DNA from: an uncultured Actinomycetes bacterium
GTDB lineage: Bacteria; Actinomycetota; UBA4738; HRBIN12
DNA: 64,000 nt
Direction of reading: 5' to 3'
Assembly (NCBI GenBank): GCA_963705545.1
Contig: CAVPJX010000004.1
Span: 207,418-271,417, forward strand
The notes beneath the pieces are model-generated. The model had not been told where the DNA came from and made no database searches. It worked only from the letters and a program-made list of their open reading frames with translations. Below are positions 18,401 to 27,559 of the stretch, one piece after another (the first letter of the stretch is position 1; each line of letters begins with the position of its first letter). Both the position numbers and the translations under genes were made by a program.

Positions 18401-18919
18401 AGCCGCACCCTGAAGGCGGGAGGCCGTGTTCACGACGTCTCCGGTGACGATCCCCTCGCCCCGCTCGGCGTTCGCGCCGAGCGCCACGACCGCCTCGCCG
18501 GTCTCCACCCCGATCCGGACCTTGAGCTCGAGGGCGGCGTCCTCGGCGTTCACGTCGGCGATCGACTCGAGGATCCTCAAACCCGCTCGGACCGCGCGTT
18601 CGGGATCGTCCTCGTGAGCGGTCGGCGCGCCGAAGACGGCCATGACCGCGTCCCCGATGAACTTCTCGACCGTGCCGCCGTAGCCCTCGATCTCGGATCG
18701 GAGGAGCTGGTGATACGGACGGATCCGCGCCCGGACATCCTCGGGGTCTGCAGCCTCGGAAGCAGCGGTGAACCCGACCAGGTCGCAGAAGAGAACCGTG
18801 ACGACCTTGCGTTCCTCGGCTGAGCTACCGATCGCCGCAGCCTGCAGCGGCGTGGCGCACTCGCCACAGAACTTGTTCGGATCAGGGTTCTCATGACCGC
18901 AGGAAGGGCAGATCACCAT
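15494..18919 (-). CDS. zinc-ribbon / class III adenylate-guanylate cyclase / STAND (AAA_16) ATPase / TPR signalling protein
   Basis: MVICPSCGHENPDPNKFCGECATP. Cyclase motifs VLFCDLVGFTA, KFIGDAVMAVFGAP, TGDVVNTASRLQ. P-loop GEPGVGKSRLV. Long helical repeat C-terminus. ATG 18919 is preferred over the upstream TTG at 18961. Confidence 0.85.
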   Translation of the reverse strand: MVICPSCGHENPDPNKFCGECATPLQAAAIGSSAEERKVVTVLFCDLVGFTAASEAADPEDVRARIRPYHQLLRSEIEGYGGTVEKFIGDAVMAVFGAPTAHEDDPERAVRAGLRILESIADVNAEDAALELKVRIGVETGEAVVALGANAERGEGIVTGDVVNTASRLQGAAPVDGVAVGTGTYSATKELFEFEAMEPVTLKGKAEPVALWHAKQARSRFGTDLTRKPATALVGRELERALLTGTLERSIRDESVHLMTIVGEPGVGKSRLVAELGTFIEDRPDLITWRQGRCLPYGDGITFWALGEIVKAEAGILESDAPDSAASKIDRIVPAEHADAPWLRQRLRPLVGLEAPTAAREENFAAWRTFLESMAERRPCVFVVEDLHWADQAMLEFIEHVIEFAEGIPMMLVGTARPELFEKAPGFAQAARNSNRINLAPLSEIETARLVSELLEQAVLPAEVQSLITERSGGNPLYAEEFVRLMKDTGALRREGSTWALDPEAEIPLPSGVQGLIAARLDTVEADRKAMLYDASVIGKVFWAGAIVEMGGRDPGAVAEALHELSRKELVRPQRTSSIEGETEYVFWHTLVRDVCYAQIPRGSRADRHRAAATWLERAAGERAEDLAEILAAHYLTALELAKVSGRTDDLEQLSASARRFLALAGDRALGLDSVGAEASYRRALELMPEDDPGRPEIIARLAEALMERARFAEAEACFAEASTGFLARGEVRAGALAMARRGLPLGRMGDPRNREIAMEALALLEPLPPGPELVAVLAEEAGARLVVGELRRAVDAAERAISLAADLELPEPARALGFRGAAHANLGDAEGLAEMRRGIELAESQGLGREGAVIRHNLANNLRPIEGPRSALDTWRETIAFSERRGIEEFALAGISGSLESLVDLGRFDEALDLASTLAPRLEAAGDLASLLWVRSLTLSVHLVRGELKGVSREVDWLEQSAREFADAQAFAFAFPPSARAAAEGGEPARALALLAELDQTANVRADGFYFSNLPGSVRTALAVGDPGLAARLASGLELVYPLTGFALASARALLAEHEGDQPAAAELFAQAASGWEGFEMPVEHGYALLGRGRCLVGLGMLAEATAALRQAGKIFTSLGAKPALAETDELLARVTSLTS

Positions 18920-18979
18920 GCGGGCGCAGCCTATGCGCCTGACCCCGAGACGCTCAAGCAACGGACGCTCCGCGTACGG

Positions 18980-19732
18980 TCAGCTCCAGGTGATCCTGGC
19001 GTGCTCGCGCCAGAGGTCGATCAGGGCGTCGCCGCCGCTCCGATCCAGGTCTTCCGCTGCGCCGCGGTTCCAGAGCCAGAGGTAGAGATCGGACGCCGAA
19101 CCGCTGAGGCGGGCCTCACCGTTCACCGCGGATCCCGTCGCCGTCCGGAACCCCGACGACGTGAGGACCACGGTCCAGGCACGGTCCACATCCGTCGCGA
19201 TGATCGCCAGCGTCCGGTCCTCCTCGACCGGCAGAGGTGGGCCGCCGCGCGACAGGAAGCGGAGCAGGAGCTCATCGATGCCGTCGGCGGCGAAGCCGGG
19301 CGGGAACCCGGTCGTCGCGCCGGTCGCCGACTCCGCGTCGACGCGGTGGATCGCCGTCTCGTGCGCCTGACGTCGCGCCCAGAACGCGAGCGGGGTCGGC
19401 GCGTCGAGGAAGGTCCAGGTCTCCAGGTCGGCCGGCGCGTCCCGGAGGGCCCGAACGAGGTCCGCGTGCCCCTCGGCGAACCAGCCCGCCAGGTCCCGGT
19501 CGTCGGGCCACCCGCCGGACAGGACCTCGAGATCGCCGTCCCGCGGTTGGCCGTGGTCGCCGGCCACGAAGGTCGCCGCCCACCGGTGCACGCCGCCCAG
19601 ATGGCGGACGAGGTCGCGGAACCCCCACCCGGGACACGTCGGCACGGGTGCTCCGGGCTCGGTCGTGCCGCAGAGCGCGGTGACCCGCGCACCGTCCGCG
19701 TCGAGCTGCGCGATCAGATCCGGGACCTCCAC
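18980..19732 (-). CDS. maleylpyruvate isomerase-type mycothiol-dependent (DinB/MDMPI) family protein
   Basis: 250 aa. TCPGWGFRDLVRHLGGVHRWAA ... RRQAHETAIHRVDAE is typical of the actinobacterial MDMPI_N family. Confidence 0.75.
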   Translation of the reverse strand: MEVPDLIAQLDADGARVTALCGTTEPGAPVPTCPGWGFRDLVRHLGGVHRWAATFVAGDHGQPRDGDLEVLSGGWPDDRDLAGWFAEGHADLVRALRDAPADLETWTFLDAPTPLAFWARRQAHETAIHRVDAESATGATTGFPPGFAADGIDELLLRFLSRGGPPLPVEEDRTLAIIATDVDRAWTVVLTSSGFRTATGSAVNGEARLSGSASDLYLWLWNRGAAEDLDRSGGDALIDLWREHARITWS

Positions 19733-19803
19733 GGCGACACCCTACGGCGCGTCGGCAGGCCGGCCGGCCCGGGCGGGTCCGGCCGCGACCGTATCCTCGG
19801 GCC

Positions 19804-21126
19804 ATGTCCGAGGCGCGCCGGTCCCTGAGCGACCGCGTCGGCATCCTCCGACCGCTCCGGATCCGCGACTTCCGGCTGCTGTGGATCGGGGCCACCGTCT
19901 CGCTGATCGGCGACGGGATCTACGTCGTCGCCATGGCGCTGCAGGCGCTGCAACTGGAGAACCGTGCCGGCACGCTCGCGAAGGTCGGCATCGCGTGGGC
20001 CCTCCCGCAGGTGTTCCTCGTGCTGGCGAGCGGGGCGCTGTCGGACCGACTCGACCGGCGCCATCTGATGATCGCCGGCGACCTGATCCGGCTGGCGGCG
20101 ATCTCGACGATCGGGATCCTCTCGATCCTGGACGTGCTGACGGTGCCGATCCTGATCGCGCTCGTCGTCGTGTTCGGCGTCGGCCAGGCCCTCTTCAACC
20201 CCGCCTTCAGCTCGATCATCCCCTCGATCGTCCCGGAGGAGCTGTTGATCGAGGCGAACGCGCTCGGACAGTTCGTCCGTCCGGCCTGCATCCTGGTGAT
20301 CGGTCCCCTCGTCGGCGGCCTCCTCGTGGGCACCGTCGGCCCCGGGTGGGCGTTCGTCGTGGATGGGGCCACGTTCGCGTGGTCGGCGCTGATGATCCTG
20401 CGGATGCGGATCCGGAAGGAGACGGTGCCGGAGACCACGGCCGCGGCCGTGTGGGCCGACATGAAGGAGGGGTTCCGCTACGTCCTGCACACTCGATGGC
20501 TGGCCATCGGCATGTTCGGGGCCACGCTGAGCCTGCTCGTCGTGTGGGGTCCGTGGGAAGCGCTCGTGCCGTACGTGGTCCGGAACGACCTCGTCACGGA
20601 CCCGGCCCAGGCGGGACTGGCGCTCGGCCTCGTGATCGGGGCGGGTGGGGTCGGGGCGGTCGTGGCGGCCGCGCTGATGGGGCAGCGTGGCCGCCTGCCG
20701 CACAAGCCCCTGCTCGTGCTGTACCTCGCGTGGGCCCTAGGGATGTTCGCGACCGCCGGATTCGGCATCGTGACCGCGGTCTGGCAGGCGATGCTCGTGT
20801 CGTTCGTCGCCGAGGGAGCGATCGGCGTCCTGGTCGTGATCTGGTTCACGCTCCTGCAGCGGCTCGTGCCCGGCGAGCTGCTCGGCCGCGTCTCGGCGCT
20901 CGATTGGATGATCACGATCGCGGGGGTCCCGCTCTCGTTCGCGATCGTCGGTCCGCTCGCCGACTCGATCGGGGCCGACGCGACCCTGATCTGGGCGGGC
21001 GTCGTCGGCGGGCTGATCACGGTCGCGCTCCTGCTGATCCCCGGTGCTCGCGACCCGGAGCGCGACGGCTCGCTGGACGAGGTCGAGCCGGTCACCGCGC
21101 CCGACCCGCCCAGGGCGGACGACTAG
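19804..21126 (+). CDS. MFS transporter
   Basis: 440 aa, ~12 predicted TM segments. N-terminus FRLLWIGATVSLIGDGIYVVAMA and the motif GALSDRLDRR. Confidence 0.85.
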   Translation: MSEARRSLSDRVGILRPLRIRDFRLLWIGATVSLIGDGIYVVAMALQALQLENRAGTLAKVGIAWALPQVFLVLASGALSDRLDRRHLMIAGDLIRLAAISTIGILSILDVLTVPILIALVVVFGVGQALFNPAFSSIIPSIVPEELLIEANALGQFVRPACILVIGPLVGGLLVGTVGPGWAFVVDGATFAWSALMILRMRIRKETVPETTAAAVWADMKEGFRYVLHTRWLAIGMFGATLSLLVVWGPWEALVPYVVRNDLVTDPAQAGLALGLVIGAGGVGAVVAAALMGQRGRLPHKPLLVLYLAWALGMFATAGFGIVTAVWQAMLVSFVAEGAIGVLVVIWFTLLQRLVPGELLGRVSALDWMITIAGVPLSFAIVGPLADSIGADATLIWAGVVGGLITVALLLIPGARDPERDGSLDEVEPVTAPDPPRADD

Positions 21127-21129
21127 ACT
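21124..21129 (+). promoter_or_regulatory. candidate -10 hexamer TAGACT; predicts a leaderless aldo-keto reductase mRNA
   Basis: TAGACT lies 8 nt upstream of ATG 21138, with no Shine-Dalgarno between them. Confidence 0.35.
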
Positions 21130-21137
21130 TCCCCGCG

Positions 21138-22109
21138 ATGGAGTACACGCACGTCGGTCACCTCGGCCTGGTCGTCAGCCGGCTCTGCCTGGGGACCATG
21201 AACTTCGGGCCGCACACGTCCGAGGCCGACAGCCACGCGATCATGGACGACGCGATCGCGCACGGGATCAACCTCTTCGACACCGCGAACGTCTACGGAC
21301 GACATCTGGGCGTCGGGGCCACCGAGGAGATCGTGGGCAAGTGGTTCGCCAAGGGGAGCGGGCGACGCGACAAGGTGGTGCTCGCGACCAAGGTCTACGG
21401 GCAGATGGGCGACTGGCCGAACGAGTCGCGACTGTCCAAGCTCGCGATCCACAAGGCGTGCGAGGACTCACTCAAGCGGCTGCGGACGGACCGCATCGAC
21501 CTCTACCAGATGCAGCACATCGACCGTCAGGCATGGTGGGACGAGATCTGGGAGGCGATGGAGCAGCTGAAGCGCGACGGCAAGATCCTCTACGTCGGCT
21601 CCTCGAACTTCGCCGGGTGGCACATCGCCAGGGCCAACGAGATCGCGGGGCTCCGGGGATCGCTCGGGCTCGCGACCGAACAGTCCGTCTACAACCTCAA
21701 CGCGCGCATGATCGAGCTCGAGGTGATCCCCGCCGTGCAGGAGTACGGCATGGGTCTGATCCCGTACAGCCCGCTCGCCGGCGGGTTGCTCGCGGGCGCG
21801 ATGCAGAAGGTCACGGAAGGCCGGCGCTCGCAGGGGTACCTGCAGCAGGAGATCGGGTCCACGGCGGAGCAGCTCGAGCGTTGGGAGGCGATCTGTGGGG
21901 AGCTCGGCGAGCGGCCGGCGGACGTCGCCCTCGCATGGCTGCTCGCTCAGCCGGCGGTGACGGCCCCGATCATCGGTCCTCGGACCCCCGATCAGCTCGA
22001 GGGGTCGCTCCGGGCGCTCGAGATCGAGCTCCCCGACGACATCCTGCGCCGGTTGGACGCGATCTTCCCGGGTCCGGGCGGACCGGCGCCCGAGGCGTAC
22101 GCCTGGTGA
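21138..22109 (+). CDS. aldo/keto reductase
   Basis: 323 aa. LCLGTMNFG, FDTANVYG, LATKV, SLKRLRTDRIDLYQMH-like and GSSNF motifs. Confidence 0.9.
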   Translation: MEYTHVGHLGLVVSRLCLGTMNFGPHTSEADSHAIMDDAIAHGINLFDTANVYGRHLGVGATEEIVGKWFAKGSGRRDKVVLATKVYGQMGDWPNESRLSKLAIHKACEDSLKRLRTDRIDLYQMQHIDRQAWWDEIWEAMEQLKRDGKILYVGSSNFAGWHIARANEIAGLRGSLGLATEQSVYNLNARMIELEVIPAVQEYGMGLIPYSPLAGGLLAGAMQKVTEGRRSQGYLQQEIGSTAEQLERWEAICGELGERPADVALAWLLAQPAVTAPIIGPRTPDQLEGSLRALEIELPDDILRRLDAIFPGPGGPAPEAYAW

Positions 22110-22128
22110 CGGTGCCGGCGGGGGCTAC

Positions 22129-22905
22129 CTAGGCGCCGAGGGCCCGGCCGACCTCCGCCGCCGCCGCGAGCACCGCCGGCGCGTAGCGCTTCGCCGAGAT
22201 GCGGCCGATCCGGCCGGCAGGTCCCGAGATCGACACGGCGCCGGCGAGACCACCGTGTCGGTCGAACACCGGCGCGCTGACCGATCCGACGCCCGGCTCC
22301 CGCTCGCCGACGCTGCTCGCCCATCCGCGCGCGCGGATGGTCACGAGCTGGTCGCGCAGCCCATCCCCGAGCGGCGTGGCCTCGGTGAACGCCTCCGCGT
22401 GATCGATCAGCTGGTCCCGACGGGTGGCGGACATCCAGGCCAGGAACACCTTGCCCGCCGAGCCGGCGGTGATCGGCAGCTCGGAACCGACCGGCACGAT
22501 CGTCCGCAGCTCGTTCGTCGACTGCACCGCGTCCACGCAGATCCGCGAGCCCGCGGCGAGGACGAAGAACTGAGCGCTCTCGCCGGTCACTTCGCTCAGC
22601 CGCTCCAACGCCCCGTGGGCGACATCTCGAAGAGCGGGTTCCCGGAGCGCGGCCGCCGCGAGGCGCATCAGCCGCGGTCCCAGTCGGTAGCCGCGTCCTC
22701 CCGCGAGCTCCAGCAGACCGTGGGTCTCGAGCGACTTGATCAGACGGTGCGCCGTGGTGCGGGCCAGTCCCGTCGCGTCCACGATCGCCGCGTGGGAGCG
22801 CGCCCCCCGTTCGACCGCGTCCAGGATCGCGATCGACCGGTCGAGCACCCCAACGCCGGTGTCGTGTGGCGCTGGCTGCCGACGACGGCCCTGTGGTACG
22901 GTCAT
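22129..22905 (-). CDS. IclR-family transcriptional regulator, divergent from leuCD (LtbR-like arrangement)
   Basis: 258 aa. wHTH LDRSIAILDAVERGARSHAAIVDATGLARTTAHRLIKSLE plus an IclR effector domain. Confidence 0.85.
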   Translation of the reverse strand: MTVPQGRRRQPAPHDTGVGVLDRSIAILDAVERGARSHAAIVDATGLARTTAHRLIKSLETHGLLELAGGRGYRLGPRLMRLAAAALREPALRDVAHGALERLSEVTGESAQFFVLAAGSRICVDAVQSTNELRTIVPVGSELPITAGSAGKVFLAWMSATRRDQLIDHAEAFTEATPLGDGLRDQLVTIRARGWASSVGEREPGVGSVSAPVFDRHGGLAGAVSISGPAGRIGRISAKRYAPAVLAAAAEVGRALGA

Positions 22906-22984
22906 GTTCCGTATATCGGTATCACAGTTCCACTATTCGGAACAACTCCGGATCGAGACGGCCTGACACGGAGGAACCGCGCGC
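22906..22984. promoter_or_regulatory. AT-richer divergent control region between iclR and leuC
   Basis: The only markedly AT-rich stretch nearby. Contains inverted repeat GTTCC-N7-GGAAC (22927-22943), a further GTTCC at 22906, and SD GGAGGA 9 nt before the leuC ATG. Confidence 0.45.
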
Positions 22985-24391
22985 ATGCCGCAGACGCTCG
23001 CCGAGAAGGTCTGGGAACGACACGTCGTGCATCGCGCCGACGGAGAGCCGGACCTGCTCTACGTCGATCTCCACCTCGTCCACGAGGTGACCAGCCCGCA
23101 GGCGTTCGACGGGCTGCGGATGCACGGGCGGTCGGTACGCCGGCCCGACCTGACGGTCGCCACGATGGATCACAACGTCCCCACCACCGCCGGCCCCGTG
23201 ACCGACGCGGTCTCGGCTCGACAGATGGAGGCCCTCCGCACGAACGCGGAGGCGTTCGGGATCACCCTGTACCCGATGGGCTCGCCCGGCCAGGGCATCG
23301 TGCACGTGATCGGACCCGAGCAGGGCTACACGCAGCCCGGGCTCGTGATCGTCTGCGGCGACTCGCACACCTCCACGCACGGCGCGTTCGGCGCGCTCGC
23401 GTTCGGGATCGGGACGTCGGAGGTCGAGCACGTCCTGGCGACCCAGACGCTCCCCCAGAACCGGCCGGGCCAGATGGCGGTGACCGTCGAAGGCGACCTG
23501 CCCGCCGGCTGTTCGGCCAAGGACGTGATCCTCGGGATCATCCACCGGATCGGGACCGGGGGCGGCGTCGGCCACGTGATCGAGTACCGCGGCTCGACGA
23601 TCCGGGCGCTCTCGATGGAGGGACGCATGACGATCTGCAACATGTCCATCGAGGCCGGTGCGCGCGCCGGGATGGTCGCGCCGGACGACACGAGCTTCGC
23701 CTACGTGCAGGGCCGGCCGCACGCGCCGTCGGGTGCCGAGTGGGAGCGGGCGCTGGACGCATGGCGCGCGCTCCCGACCGACCCGGACGCCGCGTTCGAT
23801 CGCGAGGTCACGATCGACGCCGCCGAGCTCCGGCCGTTCGTGAGCTGGGGGACGAACCCGGCGCAGTCGGTCACGATCGACGAGGCCGTCCCCGATCCGG
23901 ACGCGTTCGACGAGCCGGGGAAGCGCGAGGCCGCGCGGCGGGCGCTCGCCTACATGGATCTCGCGCCCGGCACCGCGATCCGCGACATCCGGCCGGACAC
24001 GATCTTCATCGGATCGTGCACGAACTCCCGGATGGAGGACCTGCGCGTCGCTGCGGGCGTCCTCGAGGGGCGGCGGGTCGCTCCGGGGCTCCGGGCGCTG
24101 GTCGTCCCGGGCTCGTTCGCGGTGAAGCAGCAGGCCGAAGCGGCGGGGCTCGACCGGATCTTCACCGACGCCGGGTTCGAGTGGCGCGGCGCCGGGTGTT
24201 CGATGTGCCTCGGGATGAACCCCGACATCCTGCAACCGGGGGACCGGAGCGCCTCGACGTCGAACCGGAACTTCGAGGGTCGGCAGGGCAAGGGAGGCCG
24301 CACGCACCTGGTCTCTCCCGCCGTCGCCGCCGCGACCGCGGTCCTCGGCCACTTCGGCACGCCGAACGACCTCGGCCCGAGGGAGGTCTGA
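22985..24391 (+). CDS. leuC: 3-isopropylmalate dehydratase large subunit
   Basis: 468 aa. [27 protein letters not shown] and the NRNFEGRQG aconitase-family motifs. Confidence 0.95.
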   Translation: MPQTLAEKVWERHVVHRADGEPDLLYVDLHLVHEVTSPQAFDGLRMHGRSVRRPDLTVATMDHNVPTTAGPVTDAVSARQMEALRTNAEAFGITLYPMGSPGQGIVHVIGPEQGYTQPGLVIVCGDSHTSTHGAFGALAFGIGTSEVEHVLATQTLPQNRPGQMAVTVEGDLPAGCSAKDVILGIIHRIGTGGGVGHVIEYRGSTIRALSMEGRMTICNMSIEAGARAGMVAPDDTSFAYVQGRPHAPSGAEWERALDAWRALPTDPDAAFDREVTIDAAELRPFVSWGTNPAQSVTIDEAVPDPDAFDEPGKREAARRALAYMDLAPGTAIRDIRPDTIFIGSCTNSRMEDLRVAAGVLEGRRVAPGLRALVVPGSFAVKQQAEAAGLDRIFTDAGFEWRGAGCSMCLGMNPDILQPGDRSASTSNRNFEGRQGKGGRTHLVSPAVAAATAVLGHFGTPNDLGPREV

Positions 24392-24394
24392 GCG

Positions 24395-24979
24395 ATGGAG
24401 CCGATCTCGGTGATCCGCGGGACCGCGTTGCCCCTCGACCGAAGCGACGTCGACACCGACCAGATCATCCCGGCCGAGTACCTCAAGCGCATCGAGCGGA
24501 CCGGGTTCGGGCCGTTCCTGTTCGCCGAGTGGCGGAAGGACCCGACCTTCGTGCTCAACGACGAGCGCTACACGGGCGCGACGATCATGCTCGCGGGCGC
24601 GAACTTCGGTTGCGGGTCGAGCCGCGAACACGCGCCCTGGGCGATCGAGGACGCCGGGTTCCGTGCGGTGATCGCCCCGAGCTTCGCCGACATCTTCCGG
24701 AACAACTGCACGAAGATCGGGCTGTTGCCGGTGGAGCTCCGCGAGGAGTCGGTCCGCGCCTTGATGGACGCGGCGCTCGACGACCCGACCACACGGATCG
24801 AGGTCGACCTCGAGCACCTGGTCGTTCGGGCGCCGGGTCTCGACGAGATCTTCGATATGGAGGACTTCACGCGCTGGCGGTTGCTCGAGGGACTGGACGA
24901 CATCGGGCTCAGTCTGCGGCACGCCGATGAGATCGCGGCGTTCGAGGCGACGCGCCCGTCCTGGCTCCCGACCGCCTGA
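24395..24979 (+). CDS. leuD: 3-isopropylmalate dehydratase small subunit
   Basis: 194 aa. DTDQIIPAEYLK and AGANFGCGSSREHAPWA. Starts 3 nt after leuC. Confidence 0.95.
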   Translation: MEPISVIRGTALPLDRSDVDTDQIIPAEYLKRIERTGFGPFLFAEWRKDPTFVLNDERYTGATIMLAGANFGCGSSREHAPWAIEDAGFRAVIAPSFADIFRNNCTKIGLLPVELREESVRALMDAALDDPTTRIEVDLEHLVVRAPGLDEIFDMEDFTRWRLLEGLDDIGLSLRHADEIAAFEATRPSWLPTA

Positions 24980-25000
24980 CCGACCGCGCGAGCGAGCCGG

Positions 25001-26332
25001 CTACGGCGTCACCCCCGCCCGGCGGAACGCTTCCTCGCGGGCGTCCGCGGTGAGCTCGACGAGGGCGGCCGAGTGGTGGACCTCCACGTGCTCGGCGTGG
25101 CGGAGCCGCCGGGCCTTCGTGGGGAGCGCGGCGAGGTCCGCCTCGAAGCGCGTGCGCATCTCGTCGATCGCGGGCGCCGGCTGCAGCCGGGAGCCGCCCC
25201 GCATCACGGGCTCCAGGAGTGGCGCGAACCCCTCGGCGGGCGGCGACTCGTCCCGGAGCGCGAGCACGTCGTGCTCCGGGCCGCGCCAGACCTGCTTGCG
25301 GCCGGGCGCCGTCTGCTTCTGGGACGAGAGCTTGAGGACGGGGGCGCCGGCCGACTCCACGAGCTTGTAGACCGAGTCGACGTACGGCGCATCCGCCGAG
25401 ACCCCGAGCTGTGTCCCAACGCCGAACGCGTCGACCGGCGCGCCCGAGCGCACGAGCTCGGCCACCTCGTGCTCGTCGAGCCCCCCGCTCGCGAAGATCC
25501 GTGAGCCTTCGAGCCCGGCATCGTCGAGCAGCCGACGCGCCTCGCGCGCGAGATGGTCCAGATCGCCGCTGTCCAGCCGGACCCCGATCCGGCCGGCGAG
25601 ACCCAGCGCGCGGATCACGTCGATCGCGTTGCGGACCCCGTTGAGCGTGTCGTACGTATCGACCAGGAACGTCGTCCGCTCGGGATGGTCCTCGGCGAAC
25701 GCCCGGAAGGCCTCGACCTCCGAAGGGAACGCCTCGATGAACGAGTGCGCCATCGTGCCGGCGACGCGCAGGCCGTAGCGCCGGGCGCCCTCGACGTTCG
25801 ACGTCGCGGCGAACCCCGCGATCGCGCTCGCACGAGCGACGGCCATCGCCGCCTCGCGTCCGTGGGTCCGCCGGAACGCGAAGTCGATCAGGTCCCGATC
25901 GGGCGCGGCGATCCGGTAGCGCGCCGCCTTCGAGGCGAGGGTGGTGTGCAGCGTGACCTGGTTCAGCAGGACCGTCTCCACCAGCTGCGCGACCGGGAGC
26001 GACGCCGTCACCTCAAGGATGGGCTCGTCCGCATGCACGATCCTGCCCTCGGGGACCGCCCAGACGTCCCCGTCGAACCGCACGTCGGCGAAGTCCGAGA
26101 TCGCGCGATCGTCGAACCCGATCCCGGCGAGGTAGGTCAGGTCGTCCTCCTCGAACGAGAACGCCTCCAGCGCATCGAGGCACGCCTCGAGCCCGGCCGC
26201 CATGAGGAACCCACGCTCCCTCGCGAGGGTGCGGACGTACAGGCTGAAGGTCGCCGGGCCGGTCATCCCTCGGCGCAGGTAGCTCGCGGCCATGTTCAGC
26301 TCGTAGAGGTCGGTCAGGAGGCCGCCCGGCAT
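25001..26332 (-). CDS. pncB: nicotinate phosphoribosyltransferase
   Basis: 443 aa. LLTDLYELNMAASY, FAFRRTHG, GTMAHSFIEAF, LVDTYDT. Confidence 0.9.
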   Translation of the reverse strand: MPGGLLTDLYELNMAASYLRRGMTGPATFSLYVRTLARERGFLMAAGLEACLDALEAFSFEEDDLTYLAGIGFDDRAISDFADVRFDGDVWAVPEGRIVHADEPILEVTASLPVAQLVETVLLNQVTLHTTLASKAARYRIAAPDRDLIDFAFRRTHGREAAMAVARASAIAGFAATSNVEGARRYGLRVAGTMAHSFIEAFPSEVEAFRAFAEDHPERTTFLVDTYDTLNGVRNAIDVIRALGLAGRIGVRLDSGDLDHLAREARRLLDDAGLEGSRIFASGGLDEHEVAELVRSGAPVDAFGVGTQLGVSADAPYVDSVYKLVESAGAPVLKLSSQKQTAPGRKQVWRGPEHDVLALRDESPPAEGFAPLLEPVMRGGSRLQPAPAIDEMRTRFEADLAALPTKARRLRHAEHVEVHHSAALVELTADAREEAFRRAGVTP

Positions 26333-26431
26333 GCGCGTAGGCTACGTGAGCGCCGGTGGGGCGCGCCGGACGACCCGTCGTGCACGTGCCGTTCGGCGTT
26401 GTGGGCGGTCGTTGGCGTCGAGGAGGCTGCC

Positions 26432-27559
26432 GTGGAGATGACCACACGCTCCCTGGATCGTGATGGGCTCGGACGTCTGCTGGACCTCCTCGTCGAGCGC
26501 GGGTACGTCCTGATCGGTCCGACCGTGCGCGACGGCGCGATCGTCCTGGATCGCATCGACGGCGTCGGCGATCTGCCGCGCGGCGTGCGCGAGGTCCAGG
26601 GCCCCGGCGCGTACCGACTGGAACAGACCGGCGACGACCGCCTGTTCGAATGGGCGCACGGCCCGGATTCGGGCAAGCGCTACCTGTTCCCGCCGCGCGA
26701 GACGATCCAGACCGGCACGAAGGATGCCGACGGCGGCATCCGGATCGCGCCGGCGCCGCTCCCCGACGAGCGCTATGCGTTCGTGGGGCTCCGAGCGTGC
26801 GACCTGCACGCGATCGAGATCCAGGACCGCGTGTTCATGATCGCCGATCCCGCCTACCGGGAACGGCGGGAGCGCTCGATCGCGATCGGGGTCAACTGCT
26901 CGACGCCGGGAGAGACGTGCTTCTGCGTCTCGATGGGGACCGGGCCGCGCTGCACCACCGGCTACGACGTGGCGCTGACGGAGCTCGACGACGGGTTCAC
27001 GGCCGAGCCCGGGACGGACACGGGCGCGGAGCTCCTGTCGGCGCTCGCGCTGGGCGAGGCGGATGCCGTGCAGGTGGCGGCGTCGGCGGCCGTGACCGCG
27101 CGCGCCGTGGAGCGCATGGGTCGGCGGCTCGAGACCGCCGACCTTCCGGGGCTCCTGTACCGCAACCGCGAGCACCCGCGCTGGGACGAGGTCGCGGAGC
27201 GCTGCCTCACCTGCACGAACTGCACGATGGTGTGCCCGACGTGCTTCTGCCACGACCTGACCGACGAGATCTCGCTCGACGGCACCGAGGCGACGCGGCA
27301 GCGCGAGTGGGCGAGCTGTTTCAGCGAGGAGTTCTCGCATCTGTCGTTCGGGGAGGTGCGCTCCTCGGCACGGTCGCGCTACCGGCAGTGGCTGACCCAC
27401 AAGTTCGCCTCTTGGATCGACCAGTTCGGCACGAGCGGATGCGTCGGCTGCGGCCGCTGCATCACGTGGTGCCCCGTGGGCATCGACGTGACCGAGGAGA
27501 TCGCGGCGATCCGGATGACCGACGGCGAGGTCCGCGTCGGCGGGGAGGTGCTCACGTGA
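26432..27559 (+). CDS. hyhB: group 3b [NiFe]-hydrogenase beta subunit (4Fe-4S, sulfhydrogenase HydB-like)
   Basis: AGGAGG lies 5 nt upstream of GTG 26432 (ATG 26438 is an alternative). Cys clusters CLTCTNCTMVCPTCFC and CVGCGRCITWCP. First gene of a GTGA-coupled operon. Confidence 0.8.
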   Translation: MEMTTRSLDRDGLGRLLDLLVERGYVLIGPTVRDGAIVLDRIDGVGDLPRGVREVQGPGAYRLEQTGDDRLFEWAHGPDSGKRYLFPPRETIQTGTKDADGGIRIAPAPLPDERYAFVGLRACDLHAIEIQDRVFMIADPAYRERRERSIAIGVNCSTPGETCFCVSMGTGPRCTTGYDVALTELDDGFTAEPGTDTGAELLSALALGEADAVQVAASAAVTARAVERMGRRLETADLPGLLYRNREHPRWDEVAERCLTCTNCTMVCPTCFCHDLTDEISLDGTEATRQREWASCFSEEFSHLSFGEVRSSARSRYRQWLTHKFASWIDQFGTSGCVGCGRCITWCPVGIDVTEEIAAIRMTDGEVRVGGEVLT

